Assembly (NCBI GenBank): GCA_017503945.1 | Contig: JAFVSB010000155.1 | Coordinates: 1 to 44,026, forward strand | From: Clostridia bacterium | Lineage (GTDB): Bacteria > Bacillota > Clostridia > UMGS1810 | Direction: 5' to 3' | DNA: 44,026 nucleotides | In this document: piece after piece, positions 17,467 through 26,759 of the stretch | Layout: each line of letters starts with the position of its first letter | Position numbering within the stretch: the first letter of the stretch is position 1 | The notes under the pieces: generated by a model | What the model was told of the DNA's origin: nothing | Seen by the model: only the letters and a program-made list of their open reading frames with translations | The model's database searches: none | Made by a program: the position numbers and the translations under genes

Positions 17467-18327
17467 ATGAAAAATCTTGCATCAATTAAGGTAATTAAAG
17501 AAATTCTATCAGATTCAGGCTTTAAGTTTTCCAAGTCGCTCGGTCAGAACTTTCTTATAGACGAAAATGCTTTGGAAAAGATAGTGAGTGCAACTGAGCT
17601 CACGCCAGAGTGCGGTGCGCTTGAAATAGGCCCTGGCTTTGGCACCCTTACCCAGCGCCTTTGTATGGCAGCGGGCAAGGTTGTGTGCATCGAAATTGAC
17701 TCGGGCGCAATACCGATTCTGCAAAACAATTTGTCTGATTTTGAAAATTTTACCATAATAAATGACGATGTGCTAAAGTGTGACCTTGCAGCTATTATAA
17801 AAGAGCATTTTGACGGCATGAGTGTGAAGCTTGCGGCAAATCTGCCATACTACATCACCACACCCATCATAATGCATGTGCTTGAAGCTCGCCTTCCCAT
17901 CGATTCGCTCACAGTGATGATTCAAAAAGAGGTGGCAATGCGCATTGCTGCACCCGAAGGCACAAAGGACTATGGCGCGCTAAGTGTGGCGGTCAACTTC
18001 TATGCCATACCCCAGGTGGTAGTGCATGTGCCGCCGTCGTCATTTATTCCTCAGCCCAAGGTGTCATCAACTGTGATTAAGCTCACAATGAGAGACAAGC
18101 CCCCCGTAGAGGTGGCAAGCGAAAAGGGCTTTTTCAGCGTGGTGAAGGCATCATTTGCCCAAAGGCGCAAGACACTGCTCAATGCCTTGTCAAATTCGCC
18201 TCAGATTCCTCTTGGCAAAGCAGAGGTAAGCCGGGTGCTCTCTAAGTGTGGCATCGACGAAAAGCGCCGCGGCGAAACGCTCACCATGCAGGAGTTTGCA
18301 GATGTGGCAAATATGATTTTTAAATAA
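17467..18327 (+). CDS. rsmA: 16S rRNA (adenine1518/1519-N6)-dimethyltransferase
   Basis: KFSKSLGQNFLIDENALEKIV, LEIGPGFGTLT and ANLPYYITTPI motifs. Start moved to ATG 17467 (GGGAG RBS) because the track ORF overlaps the divIVA 3' end. Confidence 0.93.
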   Translation: MKNLASIKVIKEILSDSGFKFSKSLGQNFLIDENALEKIVSATELTPECGALEIGPGFGTLTQRLCMAAGKVVCIEIDSGAIPILQNNLSDFENFTIINDDVLKCDLAAIIKEHFDGMSVKLAANLPYYITTPIIMHVLEARLPIDSLTVMIQKEVAMRIAAPEGTKDYGALSVAVNFYAIPQVVVHVPPSSFIPQPKVSSTVIKLTMRDKPPVEVASEKGFFSVVKASFAQRRKTLLNALSNSPQIPLGKAEVSRVLSKCGIDEKRRGETLTMQEFADVANMIFK

Positions 18328-18370
18328 TACAACAGATTGATTTTTAAATAATATAACAGGCTATATATAA

Positions 18371-18424
18371 CAGAAAAGCAGAGCTGCGAGGGGGAACGCA
18401 AGCTCTGCTTTTCTGTGTTTTAAG
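18371..18424 (+). terminator. Intrinsic terminator after rsmA
   Basis: CAGAAAAGCAGAGCT (18371-18385) pairs with AGCTCTGCTTTTCTG (18401-18415), followed by TGTTTT. Confidence 0.9.
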
Positions 18425-18657
18425 GATTTTATAAGTTTATGGAGATTTCGTAGAAATGAAAACGTGATGTTTTCTGTCTACGATTATATAATACAAAGAA
18501 CTTATAACGCCAATATGAATAGTTTGTGAACTTTTTGTTAATTTGCTACTCTTTCTGTGTGCTCGGCGTGCAAAAAGCTTGCATAAACCGAGCGCAGTTT
18601 TTCTTGTCAAAAAGTCTACGAAAAGTAGAGTGATTTAAAGCATTTTTGATGAAAAAC

Positions 18658-18673
18658 TGTTCCACATGGAACA
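18658..18673. promoter_or_regulatory. parS-like ParB binding site, copy 1
   Basis: TGTTCCACATGGAACA matches the Bacillus parS TGTTCCACGTGAAACA at 14 of 16 positions. It lies 28 nt upstream of the soj -35 box. Confidence 0.75.
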
Positions 18674-18700
18674 TTTTTGTGGTAAAATATAAGAGCTTAC

Positions 18701-18729
18701 TTGACACAAACTACTAATGGTTATATAAT
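18701..18729 (+). promoter_or_regulatory. Consensus sigma-A promoter of soj-spo0J
   Basis: TTGACA (18701-18706), exactly 17 nt, TATAAT (18724-18729). Confidence 0.65.
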
Positions 18730-18752
18730 AATGAAGAAAAGAGGTGCGACAT

Positions 18753-19523
18753 ATGGGAAAATGCATATCAATAGCTAATCAAAAAGGCGGTGTGGGTAAA
18801 ACAACCACATCTGTTAACCTTGCCTCTTGTCTTGGTGCTTCCAAAAAGAAGGTTCTTTTAGTCGACATGGATCCGCAGGGGAATGCCACAAGCGGAGTCG
18901 GCATAGACAAAGACGAATTAAATGGCAGCGTATATGACATTTTAATCAATTCGGCATCTGTAAAAGATGTCACTGTAAAAACAGAGTTTGAAAACCTCTG
19001 GGTGTGTCCGTCGGCAATTGATGTTGCGGGAGCCGAAATAGAAATGGTCGACATCGAAAAGAGAGAGTTTCTTATGAAAAACGCTCTTGAAAAGGTCAAA
19101 GACGACTATGACTTCATAATCATCGATTGTCCCCCGTCTCTGGGTCTTCTCACTCTCAACGCTTTTGTGGCATCAGACAGCATAATCATGCCTATCCAGT
19201 GTGAATACTACGCGCTTGAAGGCCTCAGCCAGCTCACTGCCACTGTGCGCACTGTCAAAAAGCAGCTCAATCCCTCAATCGAAATCGAGGGTGTGCTCCT
19301 TACCATGTATGATGTGCGCACCAACCTTTCTATGCTTGTGGCAGAAGAAGTGAAAAAATATTACAAAGAAAAGCTTTACAAAACTGTTATCCCCCGAAAT
19401 GTGCGTCTTAGTGAGGCTCCAAGCTATGGCGAGCCCATCAACTACTATGACAAATCATCAAAGGGCAGTCAGTGCTACACAAAGCTTGCCAAAGAAGTAA
19501 TCAAAGCCAACAAGAAAAAGTGA
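18753..19523 (+). CDS. soj: Chromosome partitioning ATPase ParA/Soj
   Basis: [23 protein letters not shown] deviant Walker A, then [11 protein letters not shown]. Followed by parB. Confidence 0.95.
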   Translation: MGKCISIANQKGGVGKTTTSVNLASCLGASKKKVLLVDMDPQGNATSGVGIDKDELNGSVYDILINSASVKDVTVKTEFENLWVCPSAIDVAGAEIEMVDIEKREFLMKNALEKVKDDYDFIIIDCPPSLGLLTLNAFVASDSIIMPIQCEYYALEGLSQLTATVRTVKKQLNPSIEIEGVLLTMYDVRTNLSMLVAEEVKKYYKEKLYKTVIPRNVRLSEAPSYGEPINYYDKSSKGSQCYTKLAKEVIKANKKK

Positions 19524-19545
19524 ACCGGTGTAAAGAGGTGAAGAT

Positions 19546-20415
19546 ATGGTGAAGAAAAAAGGCCTGGGCAAAGGCTTGGGAGCTCTTTTGACCGATGAAA
19601 ATCCGTCGATTGACTCCGAATCTATAAGCGAAATTAAAATAATCGACATAGAGCCAAACTCCTCGCAGCCGCGAAAAGAGTTTGACGAGGAACGCCTTGC
19701 AGAGCTTTCTGACTCTATAAAGCAATACGGTGTGCTATCGCCCATTTTGGTGCAGGAATCAGACAATGGTTATTATCGCATCATAGCAGGCGAACGCCGT
19801 TGGCGTGCATCAAAGCTTGCGGGTCTTAAAACTATTCCCGCAATAATCAAAAAAAACGAGAATCTGCACTTTTTTGAGCTTGCACTAATCGAAAATTTGC
19901 AGCGTGAAGACCTAAACCCTATTGAAGAAGCCCTTGGTTATCGCAGACTTATGACCGAATATGGTCTCACTCAGGAACAAGTGAGTCAAAAGATGAGCAA
20001 AAGCCGTTCGGGCATTGCCAACAGTCTCCGCCTCCTCAATTTGCCCGAAGAGGTCATGGGCATGGTGGAGCACGGCAAGCTTTCAGTGGGGCATGCCAAG
20101 GTGCTTTTGGCAGTTGATGATAGCGCAAAGCTCACAATGCTTGCCAAAAAGGCAGTTGATGAAGCCTTAAGTGTGCGCGACCTTGAAGTGCTCATCAAAA
20201 AAGGAGAAATCGCTCCCAAACCCAAAAAAGAAGTCGATTTGAATTTGAAGCTTGCTTTTGAAACAATCGAAAAAAATGTGAGTTCTATTTTGGGCACAAA
20301 GGTAAAGATTGTGGACAAGAACAACAAAGGTAAAATTCAGATTGAATACTATTCTGCCAAGGATTTGGAAAGAATAATTAAAATCATTCAAAAAGCCGAA
20401 AAAAACGACCTTTAA
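19546..20415 (+). CDS. spo0J: Chromosome partitioning protein ParB/Spo0J
   Basis: KGLGKGLGALL, then IEPNSSQPRKEFDEERLAELSDSIKQYGVLSPILV and IIAGERRWRASKLAG (ParB box) plus an HTH segment. Confidence 0.95.
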   Translation: MVKKKGLGKGLGALLTDENPSIDSESISEIKIIDIEPNSSQPRKEFDEERLAELSDSIKQYGVLSPILVQESDNGYYRIIAGERRWRASKLAGLKTIPAIIKKNENLHFFELALIENLQREDLNPIEEALGYRRLMTEYGLTQEQVSQKMSKSRSGIANSLRLLNLPEEVMGMVEHGKLSVGHAKVLLAVDDSAKLTMLAKKAVDEALSVRDLEVLIKKGEIAPKPKKEVDLNLKLAFETIEKNVSSILGTKVKIVDKNNKGKIQIEYYSAKDLERIIKIIQKAEKNDL

Positions 20416-20507
20416 AATCGACTTGTGCCAAACAAATCAAAATGCGCCAATGTGATTTTGCATCGAAGAGAAAAAGTCGCTTAAATTTTAATTTTGGCGG
20501 AATTTTG

Positions 20508-20523
20508 TGTTCCACATGGAACA
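20508..20523. promoter_or_regulatory. parS-like ParB binding site, copy 2
   Basis: The identical 16-mer TGTTCCACATGGAACA, 93 nt downstream of the spo0J stop and 15 nt upstream of the next ATG. Confidence 0.75.
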
Positions 20524-20538
20524 AAAGGAGTTGACTAT

Positions 20539-20928
20539 ATGAAACAAAACACAAAGTTTTTGTGGATGTATATTGGCATACTGTTTTCTTTTGCTCTCAT
20601 TCTGATAATCTTTGCAGGAATGAGCAGAAACACCGACACCGAGCAAAAAGAGGGTCTGAAAGCAGACATCGCGGCGCTCTCAACGCAAAACACCGCCCTG
20701 CTTACCGAAAACTCAAACCTGAAGGCTCAAATTGATGCTCTCATTGCCGAAAATGAACTTCTCAAGGCAAGCGACGCCGCATTTGCAGAAGCAGAAATAC
20801 TTCTGGCGAGCGCATGCGAAGCTTATGACAGGGGCGACAAAAAAGCATCAAAAGAAATACTTGCAGCCATAGACACTGCAAATCTCACACAATCCCAACT
20901 ATATATATATGATATGTTGACAAACTAA
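20539..20928 (+). CDS. Hypothetical membrane-anchored coiled-coil protein
   Basis: ATG 20539 after an AAAGGAG RBS. One TM helix (FLWMYIGILFSFALILIIFAG), then heptad-like LKADIAALSTQNTALLTENSNLKAQIDALIAENELLK. The track start 20494 would read through the parS-like site. Confidence 0.6.
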   Translation: MKQNTKFLWMYIGILFSFALILIIFAGMSRNTDTEQKEGLKADIAALSTQNTALLTENSNLKAQIDALIAENELLKASDAAFAEAEILLASACEAYDRGDKKASKEILAAIDTANLTQSQLYIYDMLTN

Positions 20929-20967
20929 CAAATAGCCCGAGAGGCTTTGAAAGGACAGTGTATATAA

Positions 20968-22239
20968 ATGTTAGACATCAAACTTATTAGAACAGAAACC
21001 GAAAAAGTAAAAAAGGCTCTTGCCAGAAGAAAAGAAGTTGTTGATATCGATGCGCTTTTGGCTCTCGACACCACCAGAAGAGAACAGCTTTTTGAAGTGG
21101 AGCAGCTCAAAAGCAAGCAAAATGAGGTTAGCAAGCAGATTCCCGCCCTCAAAAAGGAAGGCAAGGATGTGGCTCCCATATTTGCCGAAATGAAGCAGCT
21201 TTCAGAACAAATCAAAGAAATTGACGAGAAAGTTCGCGAGCTCGATGAAAAAATCCAGACCATCATGTACACCATTCCCAATCTTCCCAATGATGAAGTG
21301 CCCGATGGTGATACCGACGAAGACAATGTTGAGGTGAGACGCTTCTCAGAGCCCACCAAATTTGACTTTGAGCCAAAAGTCCACTGGGATGTTGGTGCCG
21401 ACCTTGACATCATCGACGCTCCCACCGCAGGCAAGGTTACAGGCACACGCTTCACCTTCTACAAAGGCCTCGGCGCAAGACTTGAGCGCGCAGTAATCAA
21501 TTTCTATCTCGACACTCACACCACGCAGAGCGGTTACACCGAAATCTTCCCCCCCTATATGGTGCACAGAAGAAGCATGGTAGGCACAGGTCAGCTTCCC
21601 AAATTTGAAGAAGATGCCTTTAAGGTTACAGGCACCGACTATTTCCTCATTCCCACTGCCGAAGTTCCTGTGACTAATATGTATCGTGATGATATTCTCG
21701 ATGGTTCCGCTCTTCCCATCAAGCATGTTGCATATTCTGCATGCTTCCGCGCAGAGGCGGGCTCAGCAGGCAAAGACACAAGAGGCCTTATCAGACAGCA
21801 TCAGTTCAACAAGGTTGAGCTTGTAAAATTTGCAAAACCCGAAGAATCCTATGAAGAGCTCGAAAAGCTCACCCGTGATGCCGAAAAGGTGCTTCAGCTC
21901 CTCGGTCTTCCGTACAGAGTGGTAAAAATCTGTGTTGGTGACCTTGGCTTTACTGCCGCCAAAAAATATGATATCGAAGTGTGGATGCCCAGCTACAACA
22001 GATATGTTGAAATTTCATCGTGCTCAAACTTTGAAGATTTTCAGGCAAGAAGAGCCAACATCAAGTTCAAAAACTCACCCAAAGACAAAGCACAGTTTGT
22101 GCACACTTTAAACGGAAGCGGTGTTGCCATTGGCAGAACTGTGGCGGCGATACTTGAAAACTTCCAAAACGAAGATGGCTCCGTGACCATTCCTGAGGTT
22201 TTGGTACCTTACATGGGCACAGACAAAATCACAAAATAA
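20968..22239 (+). CDS. serS: Seryl-tRNA synthetase
   Basis: [10 protein letters not shown]..., an N-terminal coiled-coil arm and class II motifs ([41 protein letters not shown]). Terminator at 22276-22315. Confidence 0.97.
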   Translation: MLDIKLIRTETEKVKKALARRKEVVDIDALLALDTTRREQLFEVEQLKSKQNEVSKQIPALKKEGKDVAPIFAEMKQLSEQIKEIDEKVRELDEKIQTIMYTIPNLPNDEVPDGDTDEDNVEVRRFSEPTKFDFEPKVHWDVGADLDIIDAPTAGKVTGTRFTFYKGLGARLERAVINFYLDTHTTQSGYTEIFPPYMVHRRSMVGTGQLPKFEEDAFKVTGTDYFLIPTAEVPVTNMYRDDILDGSALPIKHVAYSACFRAEAGSAGKDTRGLIRQHQFNKVELVKFAKPEESYEELEKLTRDAEKVLQLLGLPYRVVKICVGDLGFTAAKKYDIEVWMPSYNRYVEISSCSNFEDFQARRANIKFKNSPKDKAQFVHTLNGSGVAIGRTVAAILENFQNEDGSVTIPEVLVPYMGTDKITK

Positions 22240-22275
22240 AATCTGATATCAGATAAACAGAGATTTATTTTCCTG

Positions 22276-22315
22276 CAGACCAAAGAGGGGGTATGCCCTT
22301 TTTGGTCTGTTTTTG
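22276..22315 (+). terminator. Intrinsic terminator after serS
   Basis: CAGACCAAAGAGGG pairs with CCCTTTTTGGTCTG, followed by TTTTT. Confidence 0.9.
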
Positions 22316-22389
22316 TTGTGAAACATCAACAACAAAAATGTTTTTAAAATGTCGAAAGTGTGCAAAACAACCAAAACGAAACGATTTTA

Positions 22390-22418
22390 TTGAAAAAACG
22401 GCAAAAAAATATTACAAT
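22390..22418 (+). promoter_or_regulatory. Candidate sigma-A promoter for the CdaR-family regulator gene
   Basis: TTGAAA (22390-22395), 17 nt, TACAAT (22413-22418). Confidence 0.45.
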
Positions 22419-22475
22419 ATAATATATATGTGAAAAATATGTACTTATATACTTTTATAAAATGGGGTGCACGAA

Positions 22476-23561
22476 ATGAATGTAAGATATTTCCAGCAAA
22501 TTACTCATCAAATGAAGGATGTAATGAACAGAGACCTCGGTCTTATCACCGATGGCGGCCTTGTTATTGCATCGAGTGAAAACTGCATCACAAATGCAGA
22601 TCTTGAATGTGTGCTCAGCTTTACAGAAGACAACATCGACACATTCACCTATAACGGCTTTACCTACAAGCCGATTGTTGCCATGGGCAAAATTGACTAC
22701 ATTATATTCGTAAAGGGTGATGATTCTCTCGCCAGAAACTATGCAGACATTTTGCAGGTGAGCTTTTCATCGGTCAAATCTCTTTATGATGACAAGCACG
22801 ACCGCCTTAATTTTATCAAAAACTTTTTGCTCGACAATATCCTTCCGGGTGATGTACTGGCAAAAGCTGCCGAGCTTCATCTTTCCATTGAAGCGCGCAG
22901 AGTTGTGTTTTTGATTCAAACAGAAAAGATGTCAGATTTTTCGGTGCTTGAGCTCATTGAAAACATGTACCCCAACAAGCAAAAGGATTTCATTGTGAGT
23001 GTTGATGAAAACAACATCGCTCTTGTAAAAGAGCTCGATAGTGACATGTCACTTTCAGAGCTTCAAAATGTTGCCAAAAACATCTGCCACAATATCAACT
23101 CTGAAATCATGACTTCGGCCACAGTGGGCATAGGCACAGTTGTGAGCAATATCAAAGAGATTGCCCGTTCTTACAAAGAAGCCAGAGTGGCTCTTGAAGT
23201 CGGCAAGGTTTTTGATGATGAAAAGAAAATACTCAGCTATGAAGATCTCGGCATTGGCAGACTCATCTATCAGCTTCCCACAACTCTTTGTGAGCTTTTC
23301 CTTACCGAAGTGTTCAAAAAGGGTTCTATCGAAGAGCTTGATCAGGAAATAATCTTCACAATCCAGAAATTCTTTGAAAACAACTTAAATGTTTCCGAAA
23401 CATCAAGACAGCTCTATGTTCACAGAAACACTCTGGTTTACAGACTTGACAAAATTCAGAAAATTACAGGTCTTGATCTGAGAATATTTGACCAGGCAAT
23501 CATCTTTAAGGTTGCCATGATGGTAAACAAATATCTCACCTCAAACGCAACAAAGCTTTAA
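22476..23561 (+). CDS. CdaR/PucR-family transcriptional regulator
   Basis: C-terminal PucR-type HTH NVSETSRQLYVHRNTLVYRLDKIQKITGLDL and an N-terminal putative sensor domain. Start at ATG 22476. Confidence 0.75.
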   Translation: MNVRYFQQITHQMKDVMNRDLGLITDGGLVIASSENCITNADLECVLSFTEDNIDTFTYNGFTYKPIVAMGKIDYIIFVKGDDSLARNYADILQVSFSSVKSLYDDKHDRLNFIKNFLLDNILPGDVLAKAAELHLSIEARRVVFLIQTEKMSDFSVLELIENMYPNKQKDFIVSVDENNIALVKELDSDMSLSELQNVAKNICHNINSEIMTSATVGIGTVVSNIKEIARSYKEARVALEVGKVFDDEKKILSYEDLGIGRLIYQLPTTLCELFLTEVFKKGSIEELDQEIIFTIQKFFENNLNVSETSRQLYVHRNTLVYRLDKIQKITGLDLRIFDQAIIFKVAMMVNKYLTSNATKL

Positions 23562-23585
23562 TGCTTTTAAAAGGGAGTTTTTTTA

Positions 23586-24278
23586 GTGATAACATTTGAA
23601 AATGTGTCAAAAATATATGACAACGGGTACGGTGCGCTAAAGGGTGTGTCTTTTCATATAGCCAAAGGAGAGTTTGTGTTTTTGGTTGGCTCAAGTGCAG
23701 CCGGCAAATCCACCATCATCAAGCTTATGATGAAAGAAGAAAGCGCCACGGGCGGCAGCATATTTATAAATGACATCGATGTAAATGCGCTAAGGCACCG
23801 TGAGATTCCGTATTTCCGCAGGACCTTGGGCGTTGTGTTTCAGGATTTTCGCCTGCTTCCCAACAAAAATGTTCAGGAAAATGTGGCATATGCCATGGAG
23901 ATTGTGGGTGCTTCCAACAAGGAAATCCGCAAAAATGTGCCATTAGTGCTCAGTCAGGTTGGTCTTTCTGCCAAAGCCAAGATGTATCCTCATCAGCTTT
24001 CGGGCGGAGAGCAGCAGAGAGTTGCCATTGCAAGAGCAATTGTCAACAACCCCGTTGTGCTCATTGCCGACGAACCCACAGGCAACCTTGACCCTGAGAC
24101 AGCTCATGAAATCATGGCCATAATGGAAGAAATCAACAAGCGCGGTACCACTGTTGTAATGGCCACACATGCCGAAAACATTGTAAACGATATGAAAAAA
24201 AGGGTAATCGTTGTTGAAAGAGGCATAATTACCCGCGATGAAAACGAAGGTGGATACGGATATGTTCAGAGCAATTAG
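23586..24278 (+). CDS. ftsE: Cell division ABC ATPase FtsE
   Basis: GSSAAGKST Walker A, LSGGEQQRVAIARA signature and LIADEPTGNLD Walker B. GTG start after an AAGGGAG RBS. Followed by ftsX. Confidence 0.93.
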   Translation: MITFENVSKIYDNGYGALKGVSFHIAKGEFVFLVGSSAAGKSTIIKLMMKEESATGGSIFINDIDVNALRHREIPYFRRTLGVVFQDFRLLPNKNVQENVAYAMEIVGASNKEIRKNVPLVLSQVGLSAKAKMYPHQLSGGEQQRVAIARAIVNNPVVLIADEPTGNLDPETAHEIMAIMEEINKRGTTVVMATHAENIVNDMKKRVIVVERGIITRDENEGGYGYVQSN

Positions 24279-25554
24279 ACGAGCTTTCACCGAGGGCGTA
24301 AGCGGCATGGCCAAAAATGGTCTTATGACTGTTACATCACTTTTGGTTGTAACTGCCTGTATATTCGTCTTTGGTGTGTTTTTGATGTGTATTTTCAACA
24401 TCAATCATATGACAAGCAAAATGGCAAACGATTATCAGGTCGATGTGTATGTATCGCGTGATATCACCGTAGATGATGACAGCATTTCGGTGTTTGTGCC
24501 GCGTGATTTCAGCCTTGATGACGCTGCCTATCAGGAAAAGCTCAATAGTGTGGAAACTCTCATCATGGGAGTGCCCAATGTAGATGTGTCGAGCATCGCG
24601 TTTGTAAGTGCCAAGACAAAGCTTGAAAGCTTTCTTGCCACTCTTTCCGACGAAGAAAAGAATGACTATCAGGTCCCCTCAGATGGCGTGATAGCCGATA
24701 GCTTCTCGCTAAAGCTTGAAGACTACGATGCAAAAATCGAAACGCTTCGCCACCTTGGCGAGATAAACGGCGTGCAGGAGGTGCTCGATGGAAAAGAGAC
24801 CTATGCATATTTTGCATCTCTCGGCTCTCTTCCTACCACGGTGAGCACTGCCCGCTATGATGAAATAAAGGAGAGCATCAGAGCTGAAATTGCAAAGCTT
24901 GATAATGTTGATACCGAAGACATAGGCTTTATCGACGGCAAAGAAAAATTTGCAAGCTTCAAAGAGGGACTTTCCGAAGAGGAGCTAAAGGATTTTGAAG
25001 GACTTCCCGAAGATCTCGTGCCCGATGCTTATACCGTAAAGTTAAAAGACCTTTCGCTTGCCGATGACACAATAGCTAAGCTTGAGGCGCTGCCCCATGT
25101 GGAGAGCGTAGAAAACAGCCGCGATCTCATTGCGGTGATTGATAACCTCAAAGATATAGTTCAAAAAATATCCATATGGATCATTGTGGCGTTTGCTTTG
25201 GTGAGCCTGTTTATCATATCCAACACAATCAAGCTCACAGTGCACAACCGCCGCAAGGAAATAAACATCATGAAATATGTGGGCGCTACCGACTCCTACA
25301 TTCGCGGCCCGTTTATCACAGAGGGCATCATGATTGGTCTTCTTTCGGCAGTTTTGGCGTTCTTTGTGTCACAGTGGACCTACGAAGGTCTCATGAGCGC
25401 CATTAGCTCAAGTGCTTCGGCAATCAGTGCCAACATAGGCCTTATGAAATTTTCAGACATCTGGGCCAGACTTCTTGGTTCATACCTTGTGCTCGGAGGA
25501 GTTATTGGTGCGTTTGGAAGCTCCATCTCTGTGAGAAGATATCTCCATGTGTAA
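24262..25554 (+). CDS. ftsX: Cell division permease-like protein FtsX with a duplicated extracellular domain
   Basis: MFRAIRRAFTEGVSGMAKNG start, TM1, an extracellular domain of ~250 aa, then three C-terminal TM helices with the FtsX-type KYVGATDSYIRGPF motif. About 430 aa, against roughly 300 for typical FtsX. Confidence 0.9.
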   Translation: MFRAIRRAFTEGVSGMAKNGLMTVTSLLVVTACIFVFGVFLMCIFNINHMTSKMANDYQVDVYVSRDITVDDDSISVFVPRDFSLDDAAYQEKLNSVETLIMGVPNVDVSSIAFVSAKTKLESFLATLSDEEKNDYQVPSDGVIADSFSLKLEDYDAKIETLRHLGEINGVQEVLDGKETYAYFASLGSLPTTVSTARYDEIKESIRAEIAKLDNVDTEDIGFIDGKEKFASFKEGLSEEELKDFEGLPEDLVPDAYTVKLKDLSLADDTIAKLEALPHVESVENSRDLIAVIDNLKDIVQKISIWIIVAFALVSLFIISNTIKLTVHNRRKEINIMKYVGATDSYIRGPFITEGIMIGLLSAVLAFFVSQWTYEGLMSAISSSASAISANIGLMKFSDIWARLLGSYLVLGGVIGAFGSSISVRRYLHV

Positions 25555-25580
25555 TTTGTTTTAAGAAAGGATAGTGTGCT

Positions 25581-26744
25581 ATGCAAAAGAATAAATTGTT
25601 CACCCGTGTGCTTGCCATAGTGGCACTTATTGCCTTTTTAGGTGTTACAATTGTAGCAAGTCTGCCATCGGGTAGTGTGCGTGCTGCATCAGTGCAGGAT
25701 GCTCAGCGTAAGCAAAAAGAAGCAACTGCCAAAAAAGAAGCAGCCCAAGACTGGCAGAAAAAAGAGATTGCCAAGCGCGAAGAGCTTGACAAGCAGATTT
25801 CATCAGTTCAGGCCGAGATAGATAAATTTCAGGCAGAAATCGACCGCAAGGCCATAGCCATAAAGGCAAGCGAGCAAAAAATCAACACTCTCACCAAGGA
25901 TTTGCAAAAGCAAAATGCCGGTTACAACGAAAGAGCCAAAAGGCTCATCAAAAAAGGCAATGTATCATACACCGAGATCATACTGCGCTCCAAATCAATC
26001 GACGACATGCTCACCAGAATGTCGGTGGTAAAGCGAATTGCCGAATATGACTCAGACAAGCTCGAAGAAATTGAAAGCTCAATGACCGAGGTCGAAAAGC
26101 TCAAGGCAGACCTTTTGGCTCAAAAAGAAGAAGTGGTTTTGCTAAAAGCAGAGCAAGATTCCAAAAAAGCGGAGCTCGATGGCTACCGCAAGCAAAGCCA
26201 GGATATCATCGACAAGCTTCAAAAAGATATTGCAGCTTTTGAAAAAGAATATGAAGCTGCCAAGCAGCTCGAGGCTCAGGCGCGTGCCGAGGCAGAACGC
26301 TTGCGCCGTCAGTCTGATGCTACGCTCAATCTGCCTGCAAATTACACAGGCGGCAAGTTCTTGTGGCCGTCGAATACCACACATCTTGTAACATCACCCT
26401 ACGGCTATCGTATTCACCCCGTCACCGGCAAATCGCGCTTCCATGCAGGCATCGACATTGGTGCAGCTCATGGCACCTCTATCCTTGCGGCAAATGACGG
26501 CGTGGTTATAGTGGCAGGCTACAACAGCGGCGGCTACGGCAACTATGTGGTAATAAATCATGGCGGCGGCTATACTACCCTTTATGCTCACTGCAGCTCG
26601 CTTTTAGTGTCGGTAGGTCAGAAGGTGAGCCGCGGTCAGGTCATTGCCCGCTGCGGTTCCACAGGCATGTCCACAGGACCGCACATTCATTTTGAGGTTC
26701 AGGTCAACGGCACCACCACCAATCCGATGCAATATTTTAATTGA
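25581..26744 (+). CDS. Coiled-coil M23/LytM-domain peptidase (EnvC/PcsB-like partner of FtsEX)
   Basis: Signal peptide, a ~230-aa coiled coil, then the M23 domain with HAGIDIGAAHGT and GSTGMSTGPHIHFEV motifs. Confidence 0.9.
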   Translation: MQKNKLFTRVLAIVALIAFLGVTIVASLPSGSVRAASVQDAQRKQKEATAKKEAAQDWQKKEIAKREELDKQISSVQAEIDKFQAEIDRKAIAIKASEQKINTLTKDLQKQNAGYNERAKRLIKKGNVSYTEIILRSKSIDDMLTRMSVVKRIAEYDSDKLEEIESSMTEVEKLKADLLAQKEEVVLLKAEQDSKKAELDGYRKQSQDIIDKLQKDIAAFEKEYEAAKQLEAQARAEAERLRRQSDATLNLPANYTGGKFLWPSNTTHLVTSPYGYRIHPVTGKSRFHAGIDIGAAHGTSILAANDGVVIVAGYNSGGYGNYVVINHGGGYTTLYAHCSSLLVSVGQKVSRGQVIARCGSTGMSTGPHIHFEVQVNGTTTNPMQYFN

Positions 26745-26759
26745 TTTTGTCATACACTT

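Noticed and set aside
20925-21455. 176-aa minus-strand ORF
   Set aside because: It is antisense to serS and gives a Ser-rich low-complexity translation.
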